From: an uncultured Gammaproteobacteria bacterium
GTDB lineage: Bacteria; Patescibacteriota; Patescibacteriia; Magasanikbacterales; JBBTQS01
Assembly: GCA_965230935.1 (NCBI GenBank)
Contig: OZ246400.1
Location: forward strand, 502,359-566,358
Reading direction: 5' to 3'
DNA: 64,000 nucleotides
Part shown: in pieces, positions 48,232 through 57,020 of the stretch
Layout: each line of letters begins with the position of its first letter
Numbering within the stretch: position 1 is the first letter of the stretch
Notes under the pieces: generated by a model
What the model saw: the letters and a program-made list of their open reading frames with translations, nothing else
What the model was told of the DNA's origin: nothing
The model's database searches: none
Made by a program: the position numbers and the translations under genes

Positions 48232-48447
48232 ATGACCACCGTATTAAGCATTATCGAAATTATTTTAGGAATTTTCCTGATTGTGGTGATTCTCTTGCAA
48301 CAAAAAGGGAGTGGTCTTGGTGCAGCGTTTGGTGGTGCAAGTACGGTATATAGCAGCAAACGCGGTATTGAAAAAACACTTCACAACATTACGATTGTTA
48401 CTGCCATCTTATTTTTCGGTGTAGGATTTCTTCACCTCTTTATCTAA
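48232..48447 (+). CDS. secG: Preprotein translocase subunit SecG
   Basis: MTTVLSIIEIILGIFLIVVILLQQKGSGLGAAFGG matches the SecG signature. 71 aa from the internal Met. Confidence 0.78.
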   Translation: MTTVLSIIEIILGIFLIVVILLQQKGSGLGAAFGGASTVYSSKRGIEKTLHNITIVTAILFFGVGFLHLFI

Positions 48448-48506
48448 ATTAGAGCTACAGTGAGTAGCGCTCACATCCGTGAGTATTCATTACGATTCGT
48501 ATTGCT

Positions 48507-50489
48507 ATGCGCTTTGGGCGCAAATCTGAAACCTCTCGTGGAAAACAAGCACGCGCACGATTGCGCTCCCACGATCAAAAACTCCTAAAACTCAGTAGCG
48601 ACGCAACACTCCCTCGTCTCAACCAATTGCGTTTTCTCTTTCGGTTTCTTTCAAAAAAGGAATATCGTGTATTTTTGGTTGGATTAGCACTTGTGCTTAT
48701 TGGTGTGGTGATTGGTGGGTATCAGTTTGTGAAAACGCACCGCGTAAGTGCGCCTGATGTTGGTGGAGAATACCAAGAAGTGATTGTCGGCACACCACGG
48801 TTAGTCAATCCAATTTACAGCAGTGCAAATGAAGTGGATCAAGATCTTTCCCGACTTCTGTACTCTGGTCTTCTGCGCTATGACAAAAACGGATTGCTTA
48901 TCCCTGATCTGGCTGAATCGTTTACAGTCAATACCAGCACGACTCAATTTACTGTTACCTTGCGCGAGAATCTCACCTGGCATGACGAAACACTAATTAC
49001 CGCTGATGATGTGCTCTTTACGATCGAACGCATCCAAGACCCTACGGTTGGTTCGCCGATGCGATTGAGTTTTCAAGGTGTCACTGTTACGAAGAGCGAC
49101 GACCGAACCATTGTTTTTGATTTGGAAAATGCATTTGCACCGTTTGCCCATACGCTCACCGTTGGCATCTTACCAAAACATGCGTGGTTGGATGTTTTGC
49201 CAAGTGCAATGAAACTTGCAGACGCTAACATTCGCCCAGTGGTGGGGAGCGGACCGTATCAATTTGTAGAGCTGCAAAAAAACCGCAACGGTATTATCAT
49301 TAGCTATGCGTTAGAGCATTTTCAAAACTTCCATCGTGGAGAACCATTTGTAGAATCAATCCGTTTGCATTTTGCTCCGGACACCCTTTCGGCAATTGAT
49401 ATGTTTGCCAATAAGCGCGTGGATGGCATCCACTTTGTACCAAAAGCAGATCGAGAAACCATTGCCAAGCGTGACACCAACATTTATACCATTGCCTTGC
49501 CGCAATATACTGGTTTGTTTTTCAATCAAAAACGCAATGAGGCACTCGAAACACTTACGGTTCGACAAGCACTTGCCCATGCCATTGATCGCGAACAGCT
49601 CATCAGCTCAACACTGGGAGCAACTGCCCAAGCAATTGTCAGTCCACTACTCCCCGGAAGTATTGGTTATCAAGATGACGCACCATTTTATGAATTCTCC
49701 CCAACGACAAGTACGGCGTTACTTGACGGGGCAAAGTGGAAAACCATTGATCGCGAAACCTATATTGCCCTGCGCACTGAACAGCTCGTTACTGAATGGG
49801 AAGAACAACAACCAGTAGAAGATGTTAATAAGGATGAGCTGAGTGAAGAAGAACTGGCGGAATTTAACGAACAGAAAAAACAAAAACGCGCAGAGCTTGA
49901 AGGGCTGGCGCGCGAACAAATCGAAACACAGATCCCACCATCTCAAGATGTATTTCGCAAAAATGGTGATGACCAAATTCTTGGAGTAACGATCACCACA
50001 GTGCATAATAGCGAAACAATCGCGGTGGCGGAATTGATCCAATCCTATTGGCAAGCAATTGGTATTGATGTACAGATTCAAACCGTTGATCCGCAATTGA
50101 TTCAAAGCGAGGTGCTTAAAGATCGTAATTACGAAGTGTTGCTCTTTGGTGAGGTACTGAGTGCTGATCCTGATCTGTATCCATTCTGGCATTCATCACA
50201 AATTGATGACCCGGGCCTTAACTTATCACTCTTCATCAATCGTAAGGCGGATACCTTACTAGAAGAAGCACGTGAGACCACTAATCAAGATACCCGCACC
50301 GAGAACTACCAAGCATTTGAACAAATTTTGCATGCAGAACTCCCGGCAATCTTTCTGTACAATCCTAAGTATGTATATGCCCAACGGAAAAAAATACAAA
50401 ACTTTGACGTGAGTCGACTCTACACTCCAGCAGATCGATTCAATGAGATTGAAACCTGGTTTATTGAAACCAAAGGAGAGTGGCAATAA
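48507..50489 (+). CDS. ABC transporter substrate-binding protein, family 5 (peptide/nickel type), membrane-anchored
   Basis: 660 aa with a signal anchor and SBP_bac_5-like regions (LLRYDKNGLLIPDLAESF..., GSGPYQFVE...). No permease or ATPase gene adjacent. Confidence 0.8.
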   Translation: MRFGRKSETSRGKQARARLRSHDQKLLKLSSDATLPRLNQLRFLFRFLSKKEYRVFLVGLALVLIGVVIGGYQFVKTHRVSAPDVGGEYQEVIVGTPRLVNPIYSSANEVDQDLSRLLYSGLLRYDKNGLLIPDLAESFTVNTSTTQFTVTLRENLTWHDETLITADDVLFTIERIQDPTVGSPMRLSFQGVTVTKSDDRTIVFDLENAFAPFAHTLTVGILPKHAWLDVLPSAMKLADANIRPVVGSGPYQFVELQKNRNGIIISYALEHFQNFHRGEPFVESIRLHFAPDTLSAIDMFANKRVDGIHFVPKADRETIAKRDTNIYTIALPQYTGLFFNQKRNEALETLTVRQALAHAIDREQLISSTLGATAQAIVSPLLPGSIGYQDDAPFYEFSPTTSTALLDGAKWKTIDRETYIALRTEQLVTEWEEQQPVEDVNKDELSEEELAEFNEQKKQKRAELEGLAREQIETQIPPSQDVFRKNGDDQILGVTITTVHNSETIAVAELIQSYWQAIGIDVQIQTVDPQLIQSEVLKDRNYEVLLFGEVLSADPDLYPFWHSSQIDDPGLNLSLFINRKADTLLEEARETTNQDTRTENYQAFEQILHAELPAIFLYNPKYVYAQRKKIQNFDVSRLYTPADRFNEIETWFIETKGEWQ

Positions 50490-50499
50490 GGTAGCCACC

Positions 50500-50583
50500 G
50501 CCGTGGTGGTGAAATTGGTAGACACGCAGCGTTCAGGTCGCTGTTGCGTTCGCGCAGTGTGGGTTCAAGTCCCACCCACGGCA
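50500..50583 (+). tRNA. tRNA-Leu (anticodon CAG), long variable arm
   Basis: GCCGTGGTGGTGAAATTGGTAGACACGCAGCGTTCAGGTCGCTGTTGCGTTCGCGCAGTGTGGGTTCAAGTCCCACCCACGGCA. Confidence 0.88.
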
Positions 50584-50700
50584 CAAAGCTAAGTTCATAC
50601 GTCTCGCGAAGCGAGACGTCTAGCGAGCCGCAGGCGAGCGTTGTCTCTCCCACGGCACAGTCAACATGAGGAGAGCGTCGTCTCTCGCACGAGACAATCA
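50584..50700. repeat. Hairpin cluster downstream of tRNA-Leu(CAG) containing a 13-nt duplicate of the tRNA 3' end (CTCCCACGGCACA)
   Basis: Perfect hairpin GACGTCTCGCGAAGCGAGACGTC. A second inverted repeat GAGAGCGTCGTCTCTCGCACGAGACA. The duplicate of the CCCACCCACGGCACA tRNA end is at about 50648-50662. Confidence 0.45.
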
Positions 50701-50733
50701 CATAATTCATAAATCTATTATTCGTCATAAACT

Positions 50734-52731
50734 ATGACTGCAAATAAACGAACACCCCGGAGCACCCGCGGATCATCCTCGCGAGGATCGTCCCGTGCCT
50801 CGGCAAGCACTTCGCGGGCAAGTCGCTCATCGCGCAGCACCCGAAGTTCAAGTTCGCGTAGTACCACTCGAGGTACCTCGCGCACCAATACCTCTTCCAC
50901 GCGTCGAAGTACATCTTCACGTACGCAAACCCGTTCTGCATCGCGCAGTACTCGGCCGGCAAGCCGTGGACGCAATGTAAGTACTCGTACGCGTACCAGC
51001 CGCAACATGGTGCAAAAACGCATCGGTGGCGGTATTCGCAAAATTCGCGAACAAGTATTTGGCTCCGGCAAAAATACCGTCAGGGTCATTGTGTTAGGAG
51101 GAGTTGAAGAAGTTGGCCGCAACTGTACGCTTATTGAGTACGGAAACGATATCATCTTCATTGACATGGGATTGCAATTCCCAGAAGAGGGTATGCACGG
51201 CATTGATTACATCATTCCAAACATGGAATACATTCGTGGAAAAGAAAAAAACGTCCGCGGAGTTATCATTACCCATGGTCACTACGACCACATCGGCGGC
51301 ATTCCACACATCGTTCCAGAGATTGGTAACCCGCCAGTATATGGACTCCCGCTCACCTTGGCGATTATCAAAAAACGCCAAGATGACTTTGGACAGAAAA
51401 AACTCAACCTGACCCAAGTGGCGCTTGATGAAACATTGCAACTGGGAAAATTCAAGGTTGAATTTTTCCATGTTAACCACAGCATCCCTGATTCCATGGG
51501 AATTGTGGTGCATACTCCGGCCGGAACGATTGTCCACACCGGGGACTGGAAGTTTGACTATCATCCGGTTGATGGGAAGCCGGCAGACTTGGCACGGTTA
51601 GCTGAGATTGGAAATGCAGGTGTATTAGCGCTGCTCAGTGACAGCACAAACGCAAGCCAACCTGGTCAGCAACTCTCAGAAAGTGATGTTGGACGCACAC
51701 TGGACGACATTATTTTAAAAATGAAAGGGCGCTTGATCATTGGTACGTTTGCATCACTGCTTTCTCGTGTGCAACAAATCTTAGAGCTGGCCACTAAACA
51801 TGGAAAGAAAGTTGCGATCGAAGGATATAGCATGAAAAGCAATGTTGAGATCATGAAAGAACTCAAGTATATGGATATCCTGCGCAACACGATTATTGGG
51901 ATTGATGAGATTGATGATCATGATCTTGATAAAGTCATTATCATGGGAACTGGTGCGCAAGGCGAACGTAACGCCGTAATCTCACGCATTGCCCATGATG
52001 AACATCGATTCATCAAAATCATTCCCGGGGATACCTTTGTGTTTAGCTCATCGGTAATTCCAGGAAATGAGGGTGGTATTCAAAAACTTAAAGATACCCT
52101 GTTTCGTAAAGGCGCTGATGTCATCCACTACAAAATGATGGATGTGCACGCTGGTGGTCATGCCAAGATGGAAGACATCAAGCTTATGATCCGCTTGCTG
52201 CGACCAAAGTACTTTGTGCCAATTGAAGGTGCGCACTTTTTGTTGCGCTACAACGCCAAGGTGGCAAAGTCAATGGGTATTCCGGATGAGAATATCTTTA
52301 TCCCGGACAATGGACAGGTCATGGCCTTTACTGAGAAGGGTGAGGGACGACTAACCAAAGAAAAGGTAAACTCAGACTATGTGTTTGTTGATGGTCTGGG
52401 TGTTGGTGATGTTTCTCATGTTGTACTTCGCGACCGTCAGGCGCTTGCTGATGACGGCATGGTGGTGGTGATTGCAACCGTGATTGCCAAGACCGGTAAG
52501 CTTTCGCAAAATCCTGATATCATCTCCCGTGGATTTGTGTATCTGAAAGAAAATCGCGAGATTATCCATGAGTTGCGCAAGCGTGCCCGATCACTTGTTG
52601 AATCCAGTGATCCGCTTTCCTGGGCTGATACTGATGAGATTCGCAATAAGATCCGTAATGACCTTGGTGACTTTTTGTACCACAAGACACGCCGCCGACC
52701 AATGGTGTTACCAGTGGTGATTCAGGTGTAA
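50734..52731 (+). CDS. rnj: Ribonuclease J (metallo-beta-lactamase/beta-CASP) with a 91-aa Arg/Ser/Thr-rich N-terminal extension
   Basis: VIVLGGVEEVGRNCTLIEY, VIITHGHYDHIGGIP (HxHxDH), beta-CASP and a C-terminal domain. The conserved core starts at Met 51007. Residues 1-91 are low-complexity SR/ST repeats in a ~60% GC stretch, so the true start is uncertain. Confidence 0.88.
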   Translation: MTANKRTPRSTRGSSSRGSSRASASTSRASRSSRSTRSSSSRSTTRGTSRTNTSSTRRSTSSRTQTRSASRSTRPASRGRNVSTRTRTSRNMVQKRIGGGIRKIREQVFGSGKNTVRVIVLGGVEEVGRNCTLIEYGNDIIFIDMGLQFPEEGMHGIDYIIPNMEYIRGKEKNVRGVIITHGHYDHIGGIPHIVPEIGNPPVYGLPLTLAIIKKRQDDFGQKKLNLTQVALDETLQLGKFKVEFFHVNHSIPDSMGIVVHTPAGTIVHTGDWKFDYHPVDGKPADLARLAEIGNAGVLALLSDSTNASQPGQQLSESDVGRTLDDIILKMKGRLIIGTFASLLSRVQQILELATKHGKKVAIEGYSMKSNVEIMKELKYMDILRNTIIGIDEIDDHDLDKVIIMGTGAQGERNAVISRIAHDEHRFIKIIPGDTFVFSSSVIPGNEGGIQKLKDTLFRKGADVIHYKMMDVHAGGHAKMEDIKLMIRLLRPKYFVPIEGAHFLLRYNAKVAKSMGIPDENIFIPDNGQVMAFTEKGEGRLTKEKVNSDYVFVDGLGVGDVSHVVLRDRQALADDGMVVVIATVIAKTGKLSQNPDIISRGFVYLKENREIIHELRKRARSLVESSDPLSWADTDEIRNKIRNDLGDFLYHKTRRRPMVLPVVIQV

Positions 52732-52757
52732 CCACACGACACACTTATTTCAAAACC

Positions 52758-52783
52758 AAAAAATGCCCTACCGGGCGTTTTTT
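52758..52783 (+). terminator. Rho-independent terminator after rnj (GCCC-TACC-GGGC plus T7)
   Basis: AAAAATGCCCTACCGGGCGTTTTTTGG. Confidence 0.5.
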
Positions 52784-53102
52784 GGTTTATCATCTTGACA
52801 AACAATCATTATTATGATTGGATACAATCATATTTACAATCCAACAGGCTTCGGACGACGACACGTCGTGGTCCGCGTTGGGCTTCAGCAGGTCGTCGGT
52901 GGTAGGATCATCCGCGCGTCTGAGAGGCGCGACGCGGATGAACGGGCAGTCGCAGCAGTTCTGGCAGGTCATTCTTAGGTGCTCCTGTTGGGATTGTGGG
53001 CGTGAGCTGGTTGCACAGCTCGGCTCTTGCGATGGCTCCGATCCGAAGCCGTAGGTCGGCGGATGCAGCGCCAACTGCTCCGCCGATCCGCGCACTGAAC
53101 AT

Positions 53103-53135
53103 GAGACCGTCTCGAACACTGAGGCGGTCTTTTTC
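53103..53135 (+). terminator. Intrinsic-terminator-like hairpin plus T-run about 85 nt upstream of trpS (possible attenuator of a structured leader)
   Basis: GAGACCGTCTC-GAACACT-GAGGCGGTCT followed by TTTTTCGTGTTTG. It is preceded by about 250 nt of ~62% GC sequence. Confidence 0.4.
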
Positions 53136-53219
53136 GTGTTTGTGCTTGCGGCTTCTCCAATCATGACCAGAAACGATCGGCTTTTATTTCTCTCCTAAAC
53201 CCTTTATACTGTGGGTACT

Positions 53220-54179
53220 ATGTCAAAACAAAAACAAATTATCTACTCCGCAATTCAACCCTCAGGCGATCCCCATATCGGCAACTATCTTGGTGCCATT
53301 AAAAACTGGATCGATCTCCAAGAATCTGGTGAGTATCAGATGATTATTGCAATCGCTGACCTACACTCCATCACCCAAGACTATGATGTAAAACACAAAC
53401 AAGAACAGATCCGTAATACACTTATTGATTTGATCTCTGCTGGGATTGATCCGGAAAAAACCATATTATTTGTTCAATCACATGTACCGGAAACTGCAGA
53501 GCTTGCATGGTATCTCAATTGCCTCACGCCAATGGCAGAACTTGAGCGGATGACGCAGTTTAAAGATAAGGCAACCCGGTACAAGAATGTAAACGCAGGC
53601 CTATTTACATACCCAGTGTTACAAAGCGCTGATGTGTTGCTATTTAAAGGCACACATGTACCAGTAGGCGAAGACCAGGTCCAACATGTGGAGCTCATGC
53701 GCAAACATGCCAGATGGTTTAACAAACGTTTTACTCCAATTTTCCCAGAACCAAAAGTGCTCCTTACCAAGGCGGCGAGGGTCATGAGCTTGGCTGAACC
53801 CACTAAAAAAATGTCAAAGAGTAATGGAGAAAAACACTACATTGCATTAGCTGACGAACCAGAGATTATTTTGCAAAAACTCAAAAAAGCCGTTACTGAC
53901 AAAGCAGGAGCTGATAATCTCCTTGAGTTACTTGGTTATTTTGCACCAAAATCAGTGGTCAAAAAATTTAGCAAAAAAGATGATATCCGATTTAGTGACC
54001 TTAAAGTGGAGCTTGCTGCAGCAATAAGCGATTATTTTGCTCCTTTTCGTGAACATCGCAAGGTGCTTTTGGCTGATCCTACCACTATCTCTTCAACAAT
54101 CACCAAAACCACTAAACAAGCACAACAAATCGCTTCAGCCACACTTGAAGAAGTGCGCAAATCTATAGGAATTCGCTAA
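53220..54179 (+). CDS. trpS: Tryptophanyl-tRNA synthetase
   Basis: IYSAIQPSGDPHIGNYLGA (HIGH region), KMSKS and TrpRS-specific conservation. Start at MSKQKQ (53220) or 53211. Confidence 0.9.
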   Translation: MSKQKQIIYSAIQPSGDPHIGNYLGAIKNWIDLQESGEYQMIIAIADLHSITQDYDVKHKQEQIRNTLIDLISAGIDPEKTILFVQSHVPETAELAWYLNCLTPMAELERMTQFKDKATRYKNVNAGLFTYPVLQSADVLLFKGTHVPVGEDQVQHVELMRKHARWFNKRFTPIFPEPKVLLTKAARVMSLAEPTKKMSKSNGEKHYIALADEPEIILQKLKKAVTDKAGADNLLELLGYFAPKSVVKKFSKKDDIRFSDLKVELAAAISDYFAPFREHRKVLLADPTTISSTITKTTKQAQQIASATLEEVRKSIGIR

Positions 54180-54254
54180 ATTAAGCCAAGCTAACCTTGA
54201 CAAAAGGGCTTTTTTGTGCTATATTTAATATTGAGTACCTAATTTCAAAATTAT

Positions 54255-55046
54255 ATGGTATTTGAAGGTCTTAAACGATTTTTTGGAGGTAAAAAAGAAA
54301 AACCAAAACCAAGCCCTGAGCAGGTCGCCGCACGAAAAAGTGCATTTACTGCCGCAGCACGGGAGCATTTTGCACAATCAGACGAAGAGGGATTGGCTCC
54401 AGGCGAACTTCGTGCAGTAACTGCTGAAGATCTTGGCGAAGATCCTAATGAAGGCTATCCCCAAGAGCAAAACCCACATGATGCATATTTCTCTCCAAAA
54501 GGAGTACAAAAACTCGACCACCAAGAAGAACCAGTAGGAGAGACAATGGCTGAATCCTTAGAAAAAAAACATGCACGAATAGACTGGCCCGCTATGAGTG
54601 CAGCCGACCTACGCACCGCACATGAAAAAGAACAAGCCCGTCGCGCAGAACTCGAAGCAGCGGCAGCAGAAAAAGAGCAAGCAGATGCAGAATTTCTTGC
54701 AAAAGTACAATCGGTTATTGATGGTGAAGTGCGAATCAAACTTGAACGTAACATACTTGGGAAAAAGAAAGGAATCACAGCAGAACACCTTGGTATTACT
54801 GCCGAGAAAGTTCTTGCAGCAGTGGATGATCCAACCGCACTTGAGCATATGATTGAAGATGCACTGCGTGTCGCGCAAGGTCAATTTAAGGGGCGAGGTG
54901 CCCAGCTTGATCTTCATGATGCCAACACTGCTATTCAAGATATTAAACGTGTAATGGAAGGCGTGGTCAGGAATAAAGACAAGAAACCGCGAGTTGCACG
55001 AACCGATCAGCATGTTGGGGAATTTAAAGCGGTGAAGCGAGGATAA
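54255..55046 (+). CDS. Hypothetical protein, acidic and coiled-coil rich
   Basis: 263-aa ORF with no recognisable domain. A terminator hairpin AAAATCCTGTC-TCTT-GACAGGATTTT lies at 55065-55090. Confidence 0.45.
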   Translation: MVFEGLKRFFGGKKEKPKPSPEQVAARKSAFTAAAREHFAQSDEEGLAPGELRAVTAEDLGEDPNEGYPQEQNPHDAYFSPKGVQKLDHQEEPVGETMAESLEKKHARIDWPAMSAADLRTAHEKEQARRAELEAAAAEKEQADAEFLAKVQSVIDGEVRIKLERNILGKKKGITAEHLGITAEKVLAAVDDPTALEHMIEDALRVAQGQFKGRGAQLDLHDANTAIQDIKRVMEGVVRNKDKKPRVARTDQHVGEFKAVKRG

Positions 55047-55112
55047 TGTAACAAATCTCATTACAAAATCCTGTCTCTTGACAGGATTTTGTATTTCCGG
55101 TACACTATTGCC

Positions 55113-55503
55113 GTCATACGATGATCGCCCTGCGCTTAGCGCTGGGAGGAAAGTCCGAACTCCCCCGCTCATAGGTAGAGTGTGGAAAGTAGGAAGTGGG
55201 TAATACCCACCGCTGCCATGGCGACATGGTGGTAGGGAAAGTGCCACAGAGACAATACTAGCCCAGAGGGCAAAAGGTGAAAAGTGTGCTGAGGTAAGAA
55301 GATGAAGATATCTATTTTCTTGCTACTGCACATGCGCTACTGCGAAGTAGACGCACGGCAAACCCTTCCTGGAGCAAGAGCAGCGTTCCGGCTTGACCGG
55401 TTCGAAAAGTTAGCTCGCAAGGAATATGGCAGCAATGTCATATCAAGATATATGATCATCACCTCGCTTGCGAGGTACAGAATTCGGCTTATGTGTGACC
55501 ACA
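55113..55503 (+). ncRNA. rnpB: RNase P RNA (bacterial type A)
   Basis: P4 strands GGGAGGAAAGTCCGAACTCC (55144-) and ACAGAATTCGGCTTAT (55477-). Own promoter TTGACA(55078)-17-TACACT(55101). Followed by the terminator at 55504. Confidence 0.78.
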
Positions 55504-55533
55504 AAAACCTCCTCTTGTAGGAGGTTTTTGTGT
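55504..55533 (+). terminator. Rho-independent terminator after rnpB
   Basis: AAAAACCTCCT-CTTGT-AGGAGGTTTTTGTG, a perfect 11-bp stem plus T-run. Confidence 0.6.
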
Positions 55534-55587
55534 CCTTGCGCACATTGACCAACACCTTCAAAACCGCTATGATTACAACAGTATTCT

Positions 55588-57009
55588 ATGCGATTGGACC
55601 TCCTCTTAGCTGCAATCCGCGTCCCATTGGACTATCTAATGTTAGTGCTTGCCGGGCTTACGGCATGGTCTTTGCGTTTTTCAGAATCCATTGTTGACAT
55701 CCGTGCAGTGCGCTTTGCACTCACGTATGAAGCGTATGTCCAAATTGTGCTTAGTGTTGCAGCGATGTGGATCGTCATGTTTGCGCTTGTGGGACTGTAC
55801 ACCATTGGTCGCAATAAAAAGTTTTCTGAGGAACTTAAAAAAGTTTTTGTTGGGTGCACTGCCGGATTGGCGATTGTAGCAATTATCAGTTTCTTCAGCC
55901 AAGAGTTATTTCATTCCCGCTTTCTTGCTATGGCGGGTTTTGTATTTGCCATCCTGTATGTATTAATTGCGCGACTTATCTTGCGGGCACTGCGCGTCTG
56001 GTTACACCGTGCTGGAATTGGCTCACGCCGAGTCTTAATTATCGGCAACAGCGATACTGCCCAATCCATGAGTGATACCCTTGCCAACACACCCGGGTAT
56101 GGATATCACATTATCAAACAGATTGACGCATTTAGTAAGACGACTGAAAAATCATTGGCATCGCTCCTGCGTAAACGCGGGATTGATGAAGTTATGCTCC
56201 TGCAACGCGTTGACGAAACCCAAGCTGATCAGCTCTTGGCGTTTTGTACCAAACATCACTTAACGCTTAAGTTTGCTCCTGATGTATTTGGCACCTATCA
56301 ACGCCACACAGGAATTGATACGATCGCCGGCACTCCCATTATCGAGCTTAAACGCACCCGCCTTGAAGGCTGGGGTCGCATTATCAAACGAATGAGTGAC
56401 ATCATACTCGCGACATTATTTTTACTTATCACTCTCCCCCTGTTTATCATCGCTAGTATTGTTATTCTCTTAGAGACTGGCAGGCCGATCATTTTCAAAA
56501 ACAAGCGCGTTGGCGAGTTTGGTAAAACGTTTTTCACCTACAAATTCCGCTCCATGTTTCAAAAAGATTCCATTGGAGTACAGTTTACAAATCAAAAACA
56601 AGCGCGGGCAAAAGAAAAAGAACTTATCAAAAAGCAGAGTGATAAAAAGGGTCCGGTATACAAAATCAAGGATGACCCACGCGTGACGCCATTTGGTCGT
56701 TTTGTTCGACGGTGGAGTGTTGATGAGTTGCCACAGTTTATCAATGTGATTAAAGGGGATATGAGTTTGGTCGGCCCACGACCACATCAACCACGCGAAG
56801 TAGAACAATACGAACTCCACCATCGCAAAGTGCATATGATCAAACCAGGAATCACCGGCCTGGCACAAATTTCCGGAAGAAGCGACCTATCTTTTGAAGA
56901 AGAAAATCGTCTTGATATTTTTTACATTGAAAACTGGTCATTGCTCATGGACATTGCCGTACTGATTAAAACACCATGGGCTGTGGTGCGTCGTCGCAAC
57001 GTAGAATAA
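55588..57009 (+). CDS. Polyprenyl-phosphate sugar phosphotransferase (bacterial sugar transferase, WbaP/EpsB-like)
   Basis: N-terminal TM block and a C-terminal PF02397-like domain: RMSDIILATLFLLITLPLFII...KFRSM...DELPQFINVIKGDMSLVGPRP. Confidence 0.88.
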   Translation: MRLDLLLAAIRVPLDYLMLVLAGLTAWSLRFSESIVDIRAVRFALTYEAYVQIVLSVAAMWIVMFALVGLYTIGRNKKFSEELKKVFVGCTAGLAIVAIISFFSQELFHSRFLAMAGFVFAILYVLIARLILRALRVWLHRAGIGSRRVLIIGNSDTAQSMSDTLANTPGYGYHIIKQIDAFSKTTEKSLASLLRKRGIDEVMLLQRVDETQADQLLAFCTKHHLTLKFAPDVFGTYQRHTGIDTIAGTPIIELKRTRLEGWGRIIKRMSDIILATLFLLITLPLFIIASIVILLETGRPIIFKNKRVGEFGKTFFTYKFRSMFQKDSIGVQFTNQKQARAKEKELIKKQSDKKGPVYKIKDDPRVTPFGRFVRRWSVDELPQFINVIKGDMSLVGPRPHQPREVEQYELHHRKVHMIKPGITGLAQISGRSDLSFEEENRLDIFYIENWSLLMDIAVLIKTPWAVVRRRNVE

Positions 57010-57020
57010 CTGCTTACCAT

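Noticed and set aside
55302-55561. 72-aa and 74-aa ORFs on opposite strands
   Set aside because: Both lie inside the RNase P RNA gene (P4 elements flank them).
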